A stretch of 64,000 nucleotides of DNA from Gammaproteobacteria bacterium (lineage in GTDB: Bacteria > Pseudomonadota > Gammaproteobacteria > Pseudomonadales > Halieaceae), in contig JAACDF010000099.1 in assembly GCA_009937065.1 (NCBI GenBank), forward strand, positions 3,339-67,338, written 5' to 3'. Positions 51,742 to 61,615 of this stretch are shown here, one piece after another. Numbering within the stretch: position 1 is the stretch's first letter; each line of letters starts with the position of its first letter. The translations under genes and the position numbers were made by a program. Under the pieces are notes generated by a model, which was not told the origin of the DNA, did no database searches, and worked only from the letters and a program-made list of their open reading frames with translations.

Positions 51742-53175
51742 TTAGGGACTGTTGAAGTGATTTACCTTGTCATCAATCTGAAGCGTGCTGTTCTCGGTAA
51801 CCCAAAGCACGCCACCCTTTGCAACTAACGCTACCCGACCAAGAGCCTCAATATCCTCCAGCGGGTTGCCGGCAACAACCAAAATATCAGCCTGTTTCCC
51901 GCGCTCCAGACTACCGCGCTCGGCGAAGACCCCGAGTATCTCGGCATTGGTTTTGGTCGCTGCTGATATAACCTGAATCGGTGTCATCCCGCTATCAACA
52001 AGCGCAGACATTTCGCGCCAAATCGCTTCTAGGTGCATGTTGAGTGGACTCGCCGCATCGGTACCCACACCCATGCGCGCACCCGCTTCAATGAACTGGC
52101 GGGCCGATTGCTTCGAGTTCCTTATCTCAGTCGCAGCGTTACGAAAATAGGGCAGTTGGTGAAAGTTTTGAAATGAATCCATGAACTCCTCATAGATATC
52201 ATCCGGCATATCCGTTCTGTACTCGGCCCGTTGCAGGCGGGAAGGAAAGGCCACGGTTGACGGATAAACCCAAACGCGATGGGAGATAGTCTGAACAACA
52301 GGAATCTCTTTATGAGCAATGGTATTAATCAGAGCATTTTCATAGGGCGGGTTTCCGGCTGAACCAACGTGTTGAAAGACATCGACTCCCGCTTCAATCG
52401 CCATTTCGATTGCCTCTGGGTCATAAAGGTGCGCGTGGACTTTGATGCCGCAAGAGTGAGCCGCGCCTACAATGGCGCGGTAGTCCTGCAAAGTAAGACC
52501 CTCCCAAGTTTTAATAACGTCGGCGCCGCGATCGATGAGCTCCAACGCTTTAAGAGCACCCTCCTCTGGCGAGCTGATAACCACCTCGTAGCTGTCAGGA
52601 ATCGTGTCGTATTGAACTCTTGTTATCCATGGCCCCGATACCAGCAAACGCGGACCCGGAATCTGACCGGAATCGATTTTTCTTCGAACATTTAAAATCT
52701 CAAAGGGCGCACCCAAATCCAGTGCAGTAGTGACACCTGCTCTCAACATTTGCTTGGCAGCAATTGGCATCACCTCATCGAGGCGCTCATCGCCGCCAAG
52801 AAACGCGTAGTAACGCTCGTAGGAACCATGTCCGATTAAATCGACGTGAACATGACTATCGATCAGTCCCGGAAGTAGCGTGTGCCCACCTACATCAATG
52901 ACAGTGGCATTGGCGGGAATCTGGACATCAGCGACTGACCCCACCGCAGTAATGACACCCGCTTGATAGACAACAACACCGTCTGAAATTGGGGTGCTTT
53001 CATAGCCATCAAGCACCTGAGCCCCAACCAGCGCAATGGTGCCCTTCGGCTCTACCTGGGCAGCAGTTGTTTGGAGCGATAGGGAAAACAAGAGAACATA
53101 AAAAAATGACATCCGAGAAGTCGATGTCAGCGGACGAGGCCACAGTCGACGTATCGTTAATTGCTTAACGGTCAT
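51742..53175 (-). CDS. amidohydrolase family protein (exported)
   Basis: LLPGLIDSHVHVD metal motif, HAHLYD, and C-terminal GSLERGKQADILVVAGNPLEDI. I chose the ATG at 53175 (GAGGTG SD 5 nt upstream; RR-containing leader). The ATG at 53112 is an alternative. The track start at 53208 is TTG. Confidence 0.82.
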   Translation of the reverse strand: MTVKQLTIRRLWPRPLTSTSRMSFFYVLLFSLSLQTTAAQVEPKGTIALVGAQVLDGYESTPISDGVVVYQAGVITAVGSVADVQIPANATVIDVGGHTLLPGLIDSHVHVDLIGHGSYERYYAFLGGDERLDEVMPIAAKQMLRAGVTTALDLGAPFEILNVRRKIDSGQIPGPRLLVSGPWITRVQYDTIPDSYEVVISSPEEGALKALELIDRGADVIKTWEGLTLQDYRAIVGAAHSCGIKVHAHLYDPEAIEMAIEAGVDVFQHVGSAGNPPYENALINTIAHKEIPVVQTISHRVWVYPSTVAFPSRLQRAEYRTDMPDDIYEEFMDSFQNFHQLPYFRNAATEIRNSKQSARQFIEAGARMGVGTDAASPLNMHLEAIWREMSALVDSGMTPIQVISAATKTNAEILGVFAERGSLERGKQADILVVAGNPLEDIEALGRVALVAKGGVLWVTENSTLQIDDKVNHFNSP

Positions 53176-53323
53176 ACCCACACCTCTGCAGAAAATTGTG
53201 AGTACCAACGTTAAACGAGATCGCGGTGCCTGTCATGGCGTAAACATATTGCTATCGCCATTTGATTTATCAGGATCCTCAGGTACCCTCGCTTTGCTAC
53301 TTTAGGCTGTCGAAAATAGAATC

Positions 53324-53944
53324 ATGTCCAATATTAAACCTAAACGAACAAGGCTCAGTCCCGAAGCGCGGCAGGATCATTTGCTGGATTGCAGCTCAGA
53401 AATGATCGCAACGGACGGCATTGCCGGCTTCACAATGGAAGGGCTCGCAAAGCGAGCGAATGTGTCCGCACCGCTGGTCTATAACTACTTCCCGAATCGA
53501 ATCGAGCTCCTTCAAACATTACTCAAGCGCGAGTTCGCACGATTTAACAGACGAACCGCAAACGACACAGAGCAAGCAACGAGCTTCGAGGACATTGTTC
53601 GTGTCGCCGTCAGAAGTAATTTTGAGCACTACGCTCCGGGCACGGTGCTACCTATTCTCATCACTCAGCCGGAGATAGCGAGCGTCGTCCAGAACAGGTT
53701 GGTACAAAACTCGCGACAAGCTGCCAGCTACCTTATTGAGAAAGTCTCCGAACACTACCGGCTTGACGAAGATACCGCGCGTCTCATTGTGCAGCTGTCA
53801 TCGGGTGCTGCTTGGTCAGCGGCCGAGCTGGCTGGCAAACGAGGTTTGAGCATGGATGAGACCGTTGAGCTGACCACCAACTATATTATTGCCGGCATCG
53901 AAACACTTGTAGCCGGAAAAAAGAATGCAGGACAAATTAAGTAG
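53324..53944 (+). CDS. TetR/AcrR family transcriptional regulator
   Basis: 206 aa. HTH FTMEGLAKRANVSAPLVYNYFPNR. Confidence 0.88.
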   Translation: MSNIKPKRTRLSPEARQDHLLDCSSEMIATDGIAGFTMEGLAKRANVSAPLVYNYFPNRIELLQTLLKREFARFNRRTANDTEQATSFEDIVRVAVRSNFEHYAPGTVLPILITQPEIASVVQNRLVQNSRQAASYLIEKVSEHYRLDEDTARLIVQLSSGAAWSAAELAGKRGLSMDETVELTTNYIIAGIETLVAGKKNAGQIK

Positions 53945-53986
53945 CAAGCCACTGAATTTCAAACCTTACCGAGAGAGGCTGAATCA

Positions 53987-55006
53987 ATGACCGTTAATCG
54001 CCAATGGCGTCTCGCAAAACGACCTGAGGGAATGATCGGGGAGGCCAATTTTGAATTTGTAGAGACCACGGTCCCCAAAGTGGTCGACCAACAAATATTG
54101 ATCAAAAATCTGTATTTCTCTTTTGATCCCACACAGCGAGGCTGGGCAGTCGATCGCCCGAGCTATCTGCCCCCGGTTGGCATCGGCGAAGTTATGCGAG
54201 CCGGTACCGTCGGACAGGTGGTGTTGTCCAACCACGATGATTTCTCTGAAGGAGAACTTGTCCAGACCATGGGTGGCTGGCAGGACTACGCCGTCATGAC
54301 CCCAGGTGAAGGCGTCATGGGCGTTACCAAAGTACCCGAGGGCGTTACACCGGAAATGATGCTTTCGGTCATCGGTTTGACAGGCATTACTGCCTACTTC
54401 GGTCTACTCGAATTGGGCCTCCCAAAGGCTGGCGAAACCGTACTGGTCTCAGGCGCTGCTGGTGCCACAGGATCTGTTGCTAGTCAGATAGCCAAAATCA
54501 AAGGGTGTCGCGTTGTTGGCATCGCGGGTGGTCCAGAAAAATGTCGGTGGCTCACCGAGGTGGCGGGACTGGACGCAGCTATCGACTACAAGCAAGGCAA
54601 CTTAGATGAGCAAATCGCCGCAGCCTGCCCGGACAAGTGGGATGTGTTTTTCGACAATGTCGGCGGCGACACACTAGAAGCGGCCCTCAACCACCTCAAT
54701 CTCTATTCCCGTGTTGTTATGTGCGGTGGTATCTCTGGCTACAACGCAGAAGAACCGATTCCGGGGCCCTCAAACCTGATGAATCTCGTGACAAACCGAG
54801 GACGCATGGAAGGCTTCATCATCCTCGATTACATGCCACGGGCCATGGAAGCCATTCAAGATCTCATGGGCTGGGTAGTGTCCGGTGATCTGAAATTTCA
54901 GGTCGATGTGCAGGAGGGTTTCGAGAACATCCCGAATACATTACGTCGCCTCTATACGGGCGAGAACCAAGGTAAGCAACTGCTGAAACTTGCTGATCCC
55001 TCGTAA
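53987..55006 (+). CDS. NADP-dependent oxidoreductase, MDR superfamily (YncB/CurA-like)
   Basis: 339 aa. VSGAAGATGSVASQIAK, GIAGGPEKCRWL, and C-terminus GENQGKQLLKL. Paralogue of 7884-8882. Confidence 0.88.
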   Translation: MTVNRQWRLAKRPEGMIGEANFEFVETTVPKVVDQQILIKNLYFSFDPTQRGWAVDRPSYLPPVGIGEVMRAGTVGQVVLSNHDDFSEGELVQTMGGWQDYAVMTPGEGVMGVTKVPEGVTPEMMLSVIGLTGITAYFGLLELGLPKAGETVLVSGAAGATGSVASQIAKIKGCRVVGIAGGPEKCRWLTEVAGLDAAIDYKQGNLDEQIAAACPDKWDVFFDNVGGDTLEAALNHLNLYSRVVMCGGISGYNAEEPIPGPSNLMNLVTNRGRMEGFIILDYMPRAMEAIQDLMGWVVSGDLKFQVDVQEGFENIPNTLRRLYTGENQGKQLLKLADPS

Positions 55007-55071
55007 TAATAGGGAGCGGGATTTATGTATGAATCCGTAGAGGACCCCAAACGGTTAAGCGGAGCACATCC

Positions 55072-56253
55072 ATGAAGGGTCTTGTATCTCATTATCTTCT
55101 CAGCATACTTTGCCTCGCCTCCCTCTCTGCCTGCGGGGGTGGAGGTAGCGGTGGAAACAGCCTTGAGGCTGCCCCCTCACTCAATAACGCTCCAGAAATG
55201 GTGGGCGTCATGGAGTACTCGATTGATGAGAATACGACGGCCGTCACGACCGTCGAAGCCACCGACCCGGACGGCGATGCTATTACTTTCAGCCTCTCTG
55301 GCTCAGATGCAGACGTATTCTCGGTGGGGTCCGCCTCCGGCGTACTTGCCTTTGTAGAGGCTCCCGACTTTGAAATGCCCGGGGATAGTGATGCCGATAA
55401 TGCATATGAGGTCACCGTGTCTGCATCCGACGGAACCGCCTCCTCGTCGCTTAGCCTTATTATTTCGGTCGCTGATCTAGCGGGCGACAAAATGGTTTTA
55501 ATGGGTAACAGCTTCTTCAGACCCTATGCAGATCCTATCGGCATGATGGCGAGGGATGCCGGCTTTGCCGATCACGCCGACACGGGTGTATTCGCGGGGG
55601 GTGATAAAGGAGTACCCAAATATCTCTGGAGTGATCCCAGCGAAGCAAACCAACAGAACAAACAACTGATTCAAGCAGCTTTAGATGAGGGTGGTGTCGA
55701 TGTCTTCGGCATGACCGGTAGTAACATTGCTGAGTCCACCACGCCGACAGAGGGTTACAGCGAGTGGATCGCCTATGCGCTACAAGAAAACCCCGACGTA
55801 GATATTTTAATCTCCGTACCTGCCATAGATTTTCCCGCTGACTGGCAACAACGTGCAGAAGAATTTGGGGTCGCAGACATTCACGAGCTCTACGCCTTTT
55901 TCGTGGATGAAATGATGCACAAAACCCTGATTGATGCGCTGCGTGAGGAATTTCCATCAACGCACATCTTCTCTATTCCCACCGGCAAGTCGGCGAAGGT
56001 GCTGGCACAGATGTACCAGGACAATCAGCTGCTGGATGACGTCTTGCCGAGAGGCCCCTATGAGGAGTCTCTATTCACGGATGAAAAAGGCCACCAAGGA
56101 AAAATTATTGTTGAGACCGGTAAATTAATGTGGCTGAACGCCCTTTATGGGGTCGACCTATCAAGCAATAACCTCGATACCGGTTTTGATACTAATTTAC
56201 AGAGCGTTGCCGCGGAGATCATGCAGCAGCATGATCCTAACTACAGCAGATGA
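55072..56253 (+). CDS. lipoprotein with cadherin-like domain and uncharacterised C-terminal domain
   Basis: Lipobox LASLSAC plus a Gly-rich linker. Cadherin-like module (YSIDENTTAVTTVEATDPDGDAITFSLSGSDADVFSV...DNAYEVTVSASDG). The C-terminal ~250 aa begins VLMGNSFF, which is possibly SGNH/DUF4886-like (weak). Confidence 0.6.
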   Translation: MKGLVSHYLLSILCLASLSACGGGGSGGNSLEAAPSLNNAPEMVGVMEYSIDENTTAVTTVEATDPDGDAITFSLSGSDADVFSVGSASGVLAFVEAPDFEMPGDSDADNAYEVTVSASDGTASSSLSLIISVADLAGDKMVLMGNSFFRPYADPIGMMARDAGFADHADTGVFAGGDKGVPKYLWSDPSEANQQNKQLIQAALDEGGVDVFGMTGSNIAESTTPTEGYSEWIAYALQENPDVDILISVPAIDFPADWQQRAEEFGVADIHELYAFFVDEMMHKTLIDALREEFPSTHIFSIPTGKSAKVLAQMYQDNQLLDDVLPRGPYEESLFTDEKGHQGKIIVETGKLMWLNALYGVDLSSNNLDTGFDTNLQSVAAEIMQQHDPNYSR

Positions 56254-56337
56254 ATGCCCGCGCACGTTCATCATGGCGTTTGTTGAGCAGATTCGAGACA
56301 AGGCCTCTGTGCAAACAACAGGAAAGAACGAGACAGT

Positions 56338-57471
56338 ATGGATAACAACACCGTCGGCTTATTAGAAAACAACGAAGTCATTGAACGCGTTTTTGAGCAT
56401 ATCGATAACGGTACAACCGATCTTGGAACGGCGCAGTGGCATGAGCCGGTAGAGCACTACACAAGCGAAGAACGCTACGAGCAAGAGATCGCGCTACTGC
56501 GACAGCGACCGGTGGTTTTTTGCCCGTCGGCCGCTATTCCTGATGCGGGCAGTTTTATCTCGCGAACGGCGGCAGGTACGCCACTACTAGTTGTGAGAGA
56601 CAACGAATTGAAGGTCCGCGCATTCATCAACGCCTGTCGTCACAGAGGTATGAAAGTGGCGTCAGGTCAGGGCTGTACACGAACCTTTTCCTGCCCCTAT
56701 CACGGGTGGACCTACAATCTCGACGGATCCGTTCGAGGCATTCCTGGCGAGGCTGCCTTTCCCGATTTAGATAAAGAAACAGCTGGATTGAAGGAACTCG
56801 TCGCAGTCGAGCGCGGTGGCTTGGTTTATGTGCAGCAGGAGGGTACGCCCAGGCTCGAAACACTCGATAACGCCCTCAATTTCTTTGAACCATCTCAGCC
56901 GCTAATTAATCAGAGCGATACACTCGACGAAGCGAATTGGAAGCTGCTCACCGAGACACTCCTCGAGGGTTATCACATCAAGTCGCTACATCGCGAGAGC
57001 TTCTACCCCTTCGGTTTGGATAACGTGAATGTCGTGGAATCGTTCGGTCAAAACTCACGGGTTGTTTACCCCTTTAAGCGCATTGAAAAACTACGTTCTT
57101 TGCCTCGTGATGAGCGAGAGATCGAAGGGTTTGCGACTCTGGTTTACCACCTCTTCCCCAACGTTAGTGTTTCGGTACTCTCAAAGCATACGAGTGTCAC
57201 CATCATTGAACCGCTGTCGCCCTCTCGTACCCAGATGTTCTCCTATTACATCAAGCACGCAGCGAAAAACGGGACTGAAATCAGCCATGAAGAGGCGTTA
57301 CGGGACGTTGATTTTGTCAATCAATCCGGTCAAGAAGAAGATCGTGCTGCCGCAAGGGACATACAAGAAACCGTTACAACGTCGGCTAATTCGCATTTGA
57401 CCTTTGGCTATTACGAAAAAGCGATTGTCAGTTTCCATCAGCAACTTCAAGCCGAGTTGGGGGAGACCTAA
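56338..57471 (+). CDS. Rieske [2Fe-2S] ring-hydroxylating oxygenase, alpha subunit
   Basis: 377 aa. Rieske motif CRHRG...CPYHGW and mononuclear iron motif EGYHIKSLH. Confidence 0.9.
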   Translation: MDNNTVGLLENNEVIERVFEHIDNGTTDLGTAQWHEPVEHYTSEERYEQEIALLRQRPVVFCPSAAIPDAGSFISRTAAGTPLLVVRDNELKVRAFINACRHRGMKVASGQGCTRTFSCPYHGWTYNLDGSVRGIPGEAAFPDLDKETAGLKELVAVERGGLVYVQQEGTPRLETLDNALNFFEPSQPLINQSDTLDEANWKLLTETLLEGYHIKSLHRESFYPFGLDNVNVVESFGQNSRVVYPFKRIEKLRSLPRDEREIEGFATLVYHLFPNVSVSVLSKHTSVTIIEPLSPSRTQMFSYYIKHAAKNGTEISHEEALRDVDFVNQSGQEEDRAAARDIQETVTTSANSHLTFGYYEKAIVSFHQQLQAELGET

Positions 57472-57554
57472 ATGGTCAGGCTCGTTATTGGAGTGGCTCA
57501 ACCTGTCGTCACTATGACTTATCAGAAAAAGGGATAACCCGGGGAGAGAACAGG

Positions 57555-58724
57555 ATGCAAGACATATCAAAATCGATAGAGGCCTGCGCCGCACGCTATG
57601 GTGAGCAAGCGGCTGCCATGCGTGACTACCTATTGGCAGGACAAGAGGCCGCCTTAGGGTTAGATAATCGAGGCCCAATTGAATTCGATGCATCAGGCAA
57701 ACTCGCTCAACACATTCTGGATGCCTACTCTAAGTACGGATTCTATGTCTTTACTGGGGTGCTCACTGAGGAAGAATGCGAAGACATCGAAGCCGATATG
57801 GTGGCGCTCAAGGCCTCGTTCCCGGTCGCACCCGACAGCACGGTCGACGCCGAGGGCCGGCCCGCACTGGGTTCGGACTCGTTAACACCCCATCTGGTCT
57901 GGTCAAAACCACTGGGCGACCCACTCGGTGGTACGCAGCTCGCGAACGGACGACACCAAGTCAAAATGTTTGAGCCCGAGGCCACAGCGGATACGCCCTT
58001 GGCGTCGCCGTTCATTTTGCTCGGCTCACTTCGTTTCTCAGATGCCTGCTTAAGGACCTATGCCCATCCAGAGTTACTTCGCGTTGCGGAAGCCATTAAC
58101 GGCGAGGACTTTGCCCCCTTCAACGAAGCGCTGTTTATCAAAGAGCCGGGAATTGGCGCTGCAGTCTCATGGCATCAGGACGGCGTGACCCATTGGGATA
58201 GCCCAGCTTTCGATGAAAACATTCATGGCTTCAATTTCATGGCACAGCTTTACGGAAGCACAGCAGTGAATGGCGTATGGGTGCTGCCAGGCAGTCATAA
58301 ACTCGGCAAAATCGATATCAAAGACTTGGTGTCCTCATCAAAGAGTGAGCGAATCGAGGGTGCGGTTCCCCTGGTCTGTGATCGTGGCGATGTCGTCATC
58401 TGCAACCGCCAGGCGCTGCACGGCTCTTTCCCCAACAGTGGTTTCGAGCCACGCCTCACCGTTAACTTTGGTTTTCACAAGCGTTCTTCAGTCCTTGGCG
58501 TAAAAGGTGGCGGTATCCATTCAGACGCTCAGGTCTTCGATGATGAGATTATCGCTCGACGGTCACGCGTCTTAGGTTATGCCATCGCCGCACGCAAAGA
58601 GCGTTTCCCTAACGAGGCTGCTTACGAGTACAAGCCTTTTAGGGACCGATCACTGTCGTTTGTTTGGGATGACGCTGCGCGGGCGGATATTCACGACTAC
58701 AACCGCGATGACCTGAGTATTTAA
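57555..58724 (+). CDS. phytanoyl-CoA dioxygenase (PhyH) family protein
   Basis: 389 aa. VSWHQDG (HxD) and ALHGSFPN (distal His) of Fe(II)/2OG PhyH-type oxygenases. GGGGAG SD. Confidence 0.78.
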   Translation: MQDISKSIEACAARYGEQAAAMRDYLLAGQEAALGLDNRGPIEFDASGKLAQHILDAYSKYGFYVFTGVLTEEECEDIEADMVALKASFPVAPDSTVDAEGRPALGSDSLTPHLVWSKPLGDPLGGTQLANGRHQVKMFEPEATADTPLASPFILLGSLRFSDACLRTYAHPELLRVAEAINGEDFAPFNEALFIKEPGIGAAVSWHQDGVTHWDSPAFDENIHGFNFMAQLYGSTAVNGVWVLPGSHKLGKIDIKDLVSSSKSERIEGAVPLVCDRGDVVICNRQALHGSFPNSGFEPRLTVNFGFHKRSSVLGVKGGGIHSDAQVFDDEIIARRSRVLGYAIAARKERFPNEAAYEYKPFRDRSLSFVWDDAARADIHDYNRDDLSI

Positions 58725-58735
58725 GGCCGATAAGG

Positions 58736-59686
58736 TCACTCAAGCGAGAGAATCTCGGTCAGAAGTGCCTCAACGAAGGGGCGGTTCTCCATGTGCGGCA
58801 AGTGACCAGACTCTGGCACAAAATGCTCGACTCGCTTGGGGAGTAAACGCCCCAGTTTCTCGGCAAAGCCCGCGTAAACAACGACCGTATCGCTGTCACC
58901 CCAGATGGTGGTGACACGAATATCCGATGCCGCAAGCGCAGCATGAATACCATCCAGTTCCCGCGAGTCGTGATTCTTTCGAGTGGAAATCAGTGCACGA
59001 GCAAATCCTCTATGAACAAGCAACTCAGCGTATTTATCGTCCCAGTCTTGAAAATTTGTTGGGTCTTTAAAGTCAGATAACTGACCCGCTGGGAGCTCGG
59101 GATATCGGGCGATGAGTTCGTCAATTTCTTCTTGGCTGACCTCTGGGTCGGCGGCGCGGCTAACATCTCTGAAGCCTGATGATGCCACGTAGATCAGTTG
59201 GTCTACCCGCTCAGGTGCAAGGCCTGCCACCTGACTAACCACACGGCCGCCGTTGGATAACCCGAGCAAAGTCGCTTTTTCAATCTTCAGATGATCGAGC
59301 AGTTCGAGCACTTGAGTGGCGAATAATTGATCGGTGTAGGCCACATCTGGATTGTCCGAAAAGCCTCGTCCGTAGAGATCGAGAGTCACGACACATCGCC
59401 CTTTCGAGACAAGGAAGTCATAAGTCGGATCCCAAATATAGGACGGCACTGAGAAGCCATGAACAAGCACATCTGCGGTAGTACAAGGCTCTTCGTTAGC
59501 CTGCCGATAGTAGGTGAACCCCTCGGACAACCTGACAAAGGCCGCACCGCTAGGCAACTCAAGATCGGCTCTGAATAACGCATCTTTGGTCACTGATTCA
59601 TATTGACTTTCAGCTGATACAAACAGCGTCGTACCGCCGACGCAGAGCGCCAAACCTAGGGTGAGTAATGGCATTACACGTCTCAT
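58736..59686 (-). CDS. alpha/beta hydrolase (exported)
   Basis: VLVHGFSVPSYIW, DLYGRGFSD and GLSNGG nucleophile elbow. I chose the ATG at 59686 (signal MRRVMPLLTLGLALCVGG). The track's TTG at 59737 reads through a 12-bp repeat. Confidence 0.82.
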   Translation of the reverse strand: MRRVMPLLTLGLALCVGGTTLFVSAESQYESVTKDALFRADLELPSGAAFVRLSEGFTYYRQANEEPCTTADVLVHGFSVPSYIWDPTYDFLVSKGRCVVTLDLYGRGFSDNPDVAYTDQLFATQVLELLDHLKIEKATLLGLSNGGRVVSQVAGLAPERVDQLIYVASSGFRDVSRAADPEVSQEEIDELIARYPELPAGQLSDFKDPTNFQDWDDKYAELLVHRGFARALISTRKNHDSRELDGIHAALAASDIRVTTIWGDSDTVVVYAGFAEKLGRLLPKRVEHFVPESGHLPHMENRPFVEALLTEILSLE

Positions 59687-59708
59687 CAATGCTTTCTCCA
59701 CTACCCTC

Positions 59709-59736
59709 TCCACTGCTCTTTCCACTGCTCTTTCCA
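59709..59736. repeat. 12-bp tandem repeat (TCCACTGCTCTT, ~2.3 copies)
   Basis: 59709-59720 is identical to 59721-59732, followed by a partial third copy. It lies in the short spacer between the TPR gene stop and the hydrolase start. Confidence 0.85.
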
Positions 59737-59753
59737 ACCGAAAACCACTTCAA

Positions 59754-61415
59754 TCACAGGATCACCGGCGAAGTCAGTTGAACGTCCGCGTGTGACCACA
59801 CGGATACCCACTGCTTTTGGATCACTTTGGCTTCATTTTTCTTATCTTGCGCTTCCAGCGCCTTTAACAGCCCGTACAAGGACCAACCGTTGTTCTGGTG
59901 CCAACGCAAATCTTTCCGGAACACCGCTTCGGCCTCCTCAAATCGTCCCGCGACCAACAGCGCATGACCCAGGTAAAGCCGCATCGACTGCGGCCAATCG
60001 GGGGGCTCTGTGTAGTTGTTTGTGTCCTCGAGGGCGACACCCTTCTGGAAGGCGACGATGGCCCCCTCATGATCCCCTTCCGCAAGCTTTATCTCGCCAT
60101 CCAGAGCGTGCGCTGCCAGGGCCAAAAGCTCCGCCGTAGCCGTAGCGCCAGCGCGATTCACCGAGACATCCGACGACTGCGCAATGCGATGAATTTCACT
60201 GAGCTTTCGCTTTGCCTGATCGAGAGAACCCTTGGCGATATGGGCACTGCCTTTTACATAGGACAGGATCCCACTGAGGTAGGGTGTGGAGTGCTGAAGG
60301 TCCTCAATCGCGAGTAACTCGTCCCACTGTCCAAATATCTTCAGTGTCACCCAGGGCGCTGCCACACGTTTCTGCATGCGGCCCATGGGCGTACCGTGCT
60401 GACTGATGGCTTCAGCCATTTGCTTAGCTGATCGGATCGCCAGCTCAGAACTGCCCTGCATGGTGGCGGCATAGCGCACAAAGTCGAGTGCATGCCCGGC
60501 ATGTATTTTGTGCGAGAGCGGATAAGTGCCGATCATGGGTAGGGGTAAATCGCCCCAGTGTTGGGCAAACTGCTTGTCGACGGCGAGCGAGCGAAGATTG
60601 TTATCAATCGCGCGTTGATAGTCGCCGACCCGCACAAAAATGTGCGCAGGCATATGGACCACGTGCCCGCCAATAGGAAGAGTTGCCTCGAGCGCATCCG
60701 CAGACACCATGGCACGCTCGGGCTCGAGTGACGCTTCTATAAGGTGGATATGGAGATGATAGACACCGGGATGCGGATCACCCGTGTTAATCACATGCTC
60801 TAGCGCCTCGGCAACGGCTAGCGTCTCGCCTTTGGCATCACCATTTTTACCCCAGTAGTCCCAACGCCGAATGGACATAAAACTGCCTGCGTAGAGAGCT
60901 GCAATATCAGGATCATCGGGATACTGCTTGTTCAGCTTGCGCATCTCGGCCAAGTAAGCGCGATCGCGCGCTCGAGGGTCAGGAATGCTTTTCGCATCAT
61001 AGAAAACGTGCAGCGCATTAATCAGCGATGCCTCCATTGATGTCGCCCGATCGATACGGTCCAGCGCCGCCTCAATCGCAGCCAAGCCCGCACCTTTTGG
61101 ATCATCAGGCATTTGCGCGTAGCGCGAATTCGGATTTGGGCCTGCCGCATGAGCAATGCCCCAGAAGGGCATGGGGTGTGATGGATCAAGGCGCGAGGCT
61201 TCTTGATAGGACGCTATCGACTCTGGGAAATAAAACCCCCAGGCAAAGCGCAGGCCTTGATCAAAAAAGCCTTGAGCAGTGGCACTTTCTGTCGAGATAG
61301 GTCGAGAATAGTTACCGGAGTCAGGGACGACGATGGCGTGATGATCATTGTTCGATAAGGCCGCCATACTGAAAACGGTTAGCATGCCAGTTAGTAAGTA
61401 TCCTGAGATCCGCAT
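59754..61415 (-). CDS. secreted TPR-like helical repeat protein (TTC38-like?)
   Basis: 553 aa. Signal GYLLTGMLTVFSMAALS. Helical repeat character (SIASYQEASRLDPSHPMPFWG, RFEEAEAVFRKDLRWHQNNGW). GAGGGA SD. Confidence 0.55.
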   Translation of the reverse strand: MRISGYLLTGMLTVFSMAALSNNDHHAIVVPDSGNYSRPISTESATAQGFFDQGLRFAWGFYFPESIASYQEASRLDPSHPMPFWGIAHAAGPNPNSRYAQMPDDPKGAGLAAIEAALDRIDRATSMEASLINALHVFYDAKSIPDPRARDRAYLAEMRKLNKQYPDDPDIAALYAGSFMSIRRWDYWGKNGDAKGETLAVAEALEHVINTGDPHPGVYHLHIHLIEASLEPERAMVSADALEATLPIGGHVVHMPAHIFVRVGDYQRAIDNNLRSLAVDKQFAQHWGDLPLPMIGTYPLSHKIHAGHALDFVRYAATMQGSSELAIRSAKQMAEAISQHGTPMGRMQKRVAAPWVTLKIFGQWDELLAIEDLQHSTPYLSGILSYVKGSAHIAKGSLDQAKRKLSEIHRIAQSSDVSVNRAGATATAELLALAAHALDGEIKLAEGDHEGAIVAFQKGVALEDTNNYTEPPDWPQSMRLYLGHALLVAGRFEEAEAVFRKDLRWHQNNGWSLYGLLKALEAQDKKNEAKVIQKQWVSVWSHADVQLTSPVIL

Positions 61416-61615
61416 GTTGTATCCCTCACTGAGTAAAGTCGCTAATCGGGCTTAATGTAAGAGGCTGCCGACCGGCATTCACAGGCCTCAAGCTATGCCG
61501 AATACACGGCCCCTGTCCCACTGGAGTGTGACACAGTAAAGCCAACTTCCGATAAAACCATACTGCAGCACGCTGGAAATAACAGATTGCCGCGACCTTG
61601 TAAGGGTGGAAAATA

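Noticed and set aside
59687-59737. N-terminal extension MERAVERAVERVVEKAL of the alpha/beta hydrolase
   Set aside because: It depends on a TTG start and is simply the translation of a 12-bp tandem DNA repeat. The ATG at 59686 gives a normal signal peptide.
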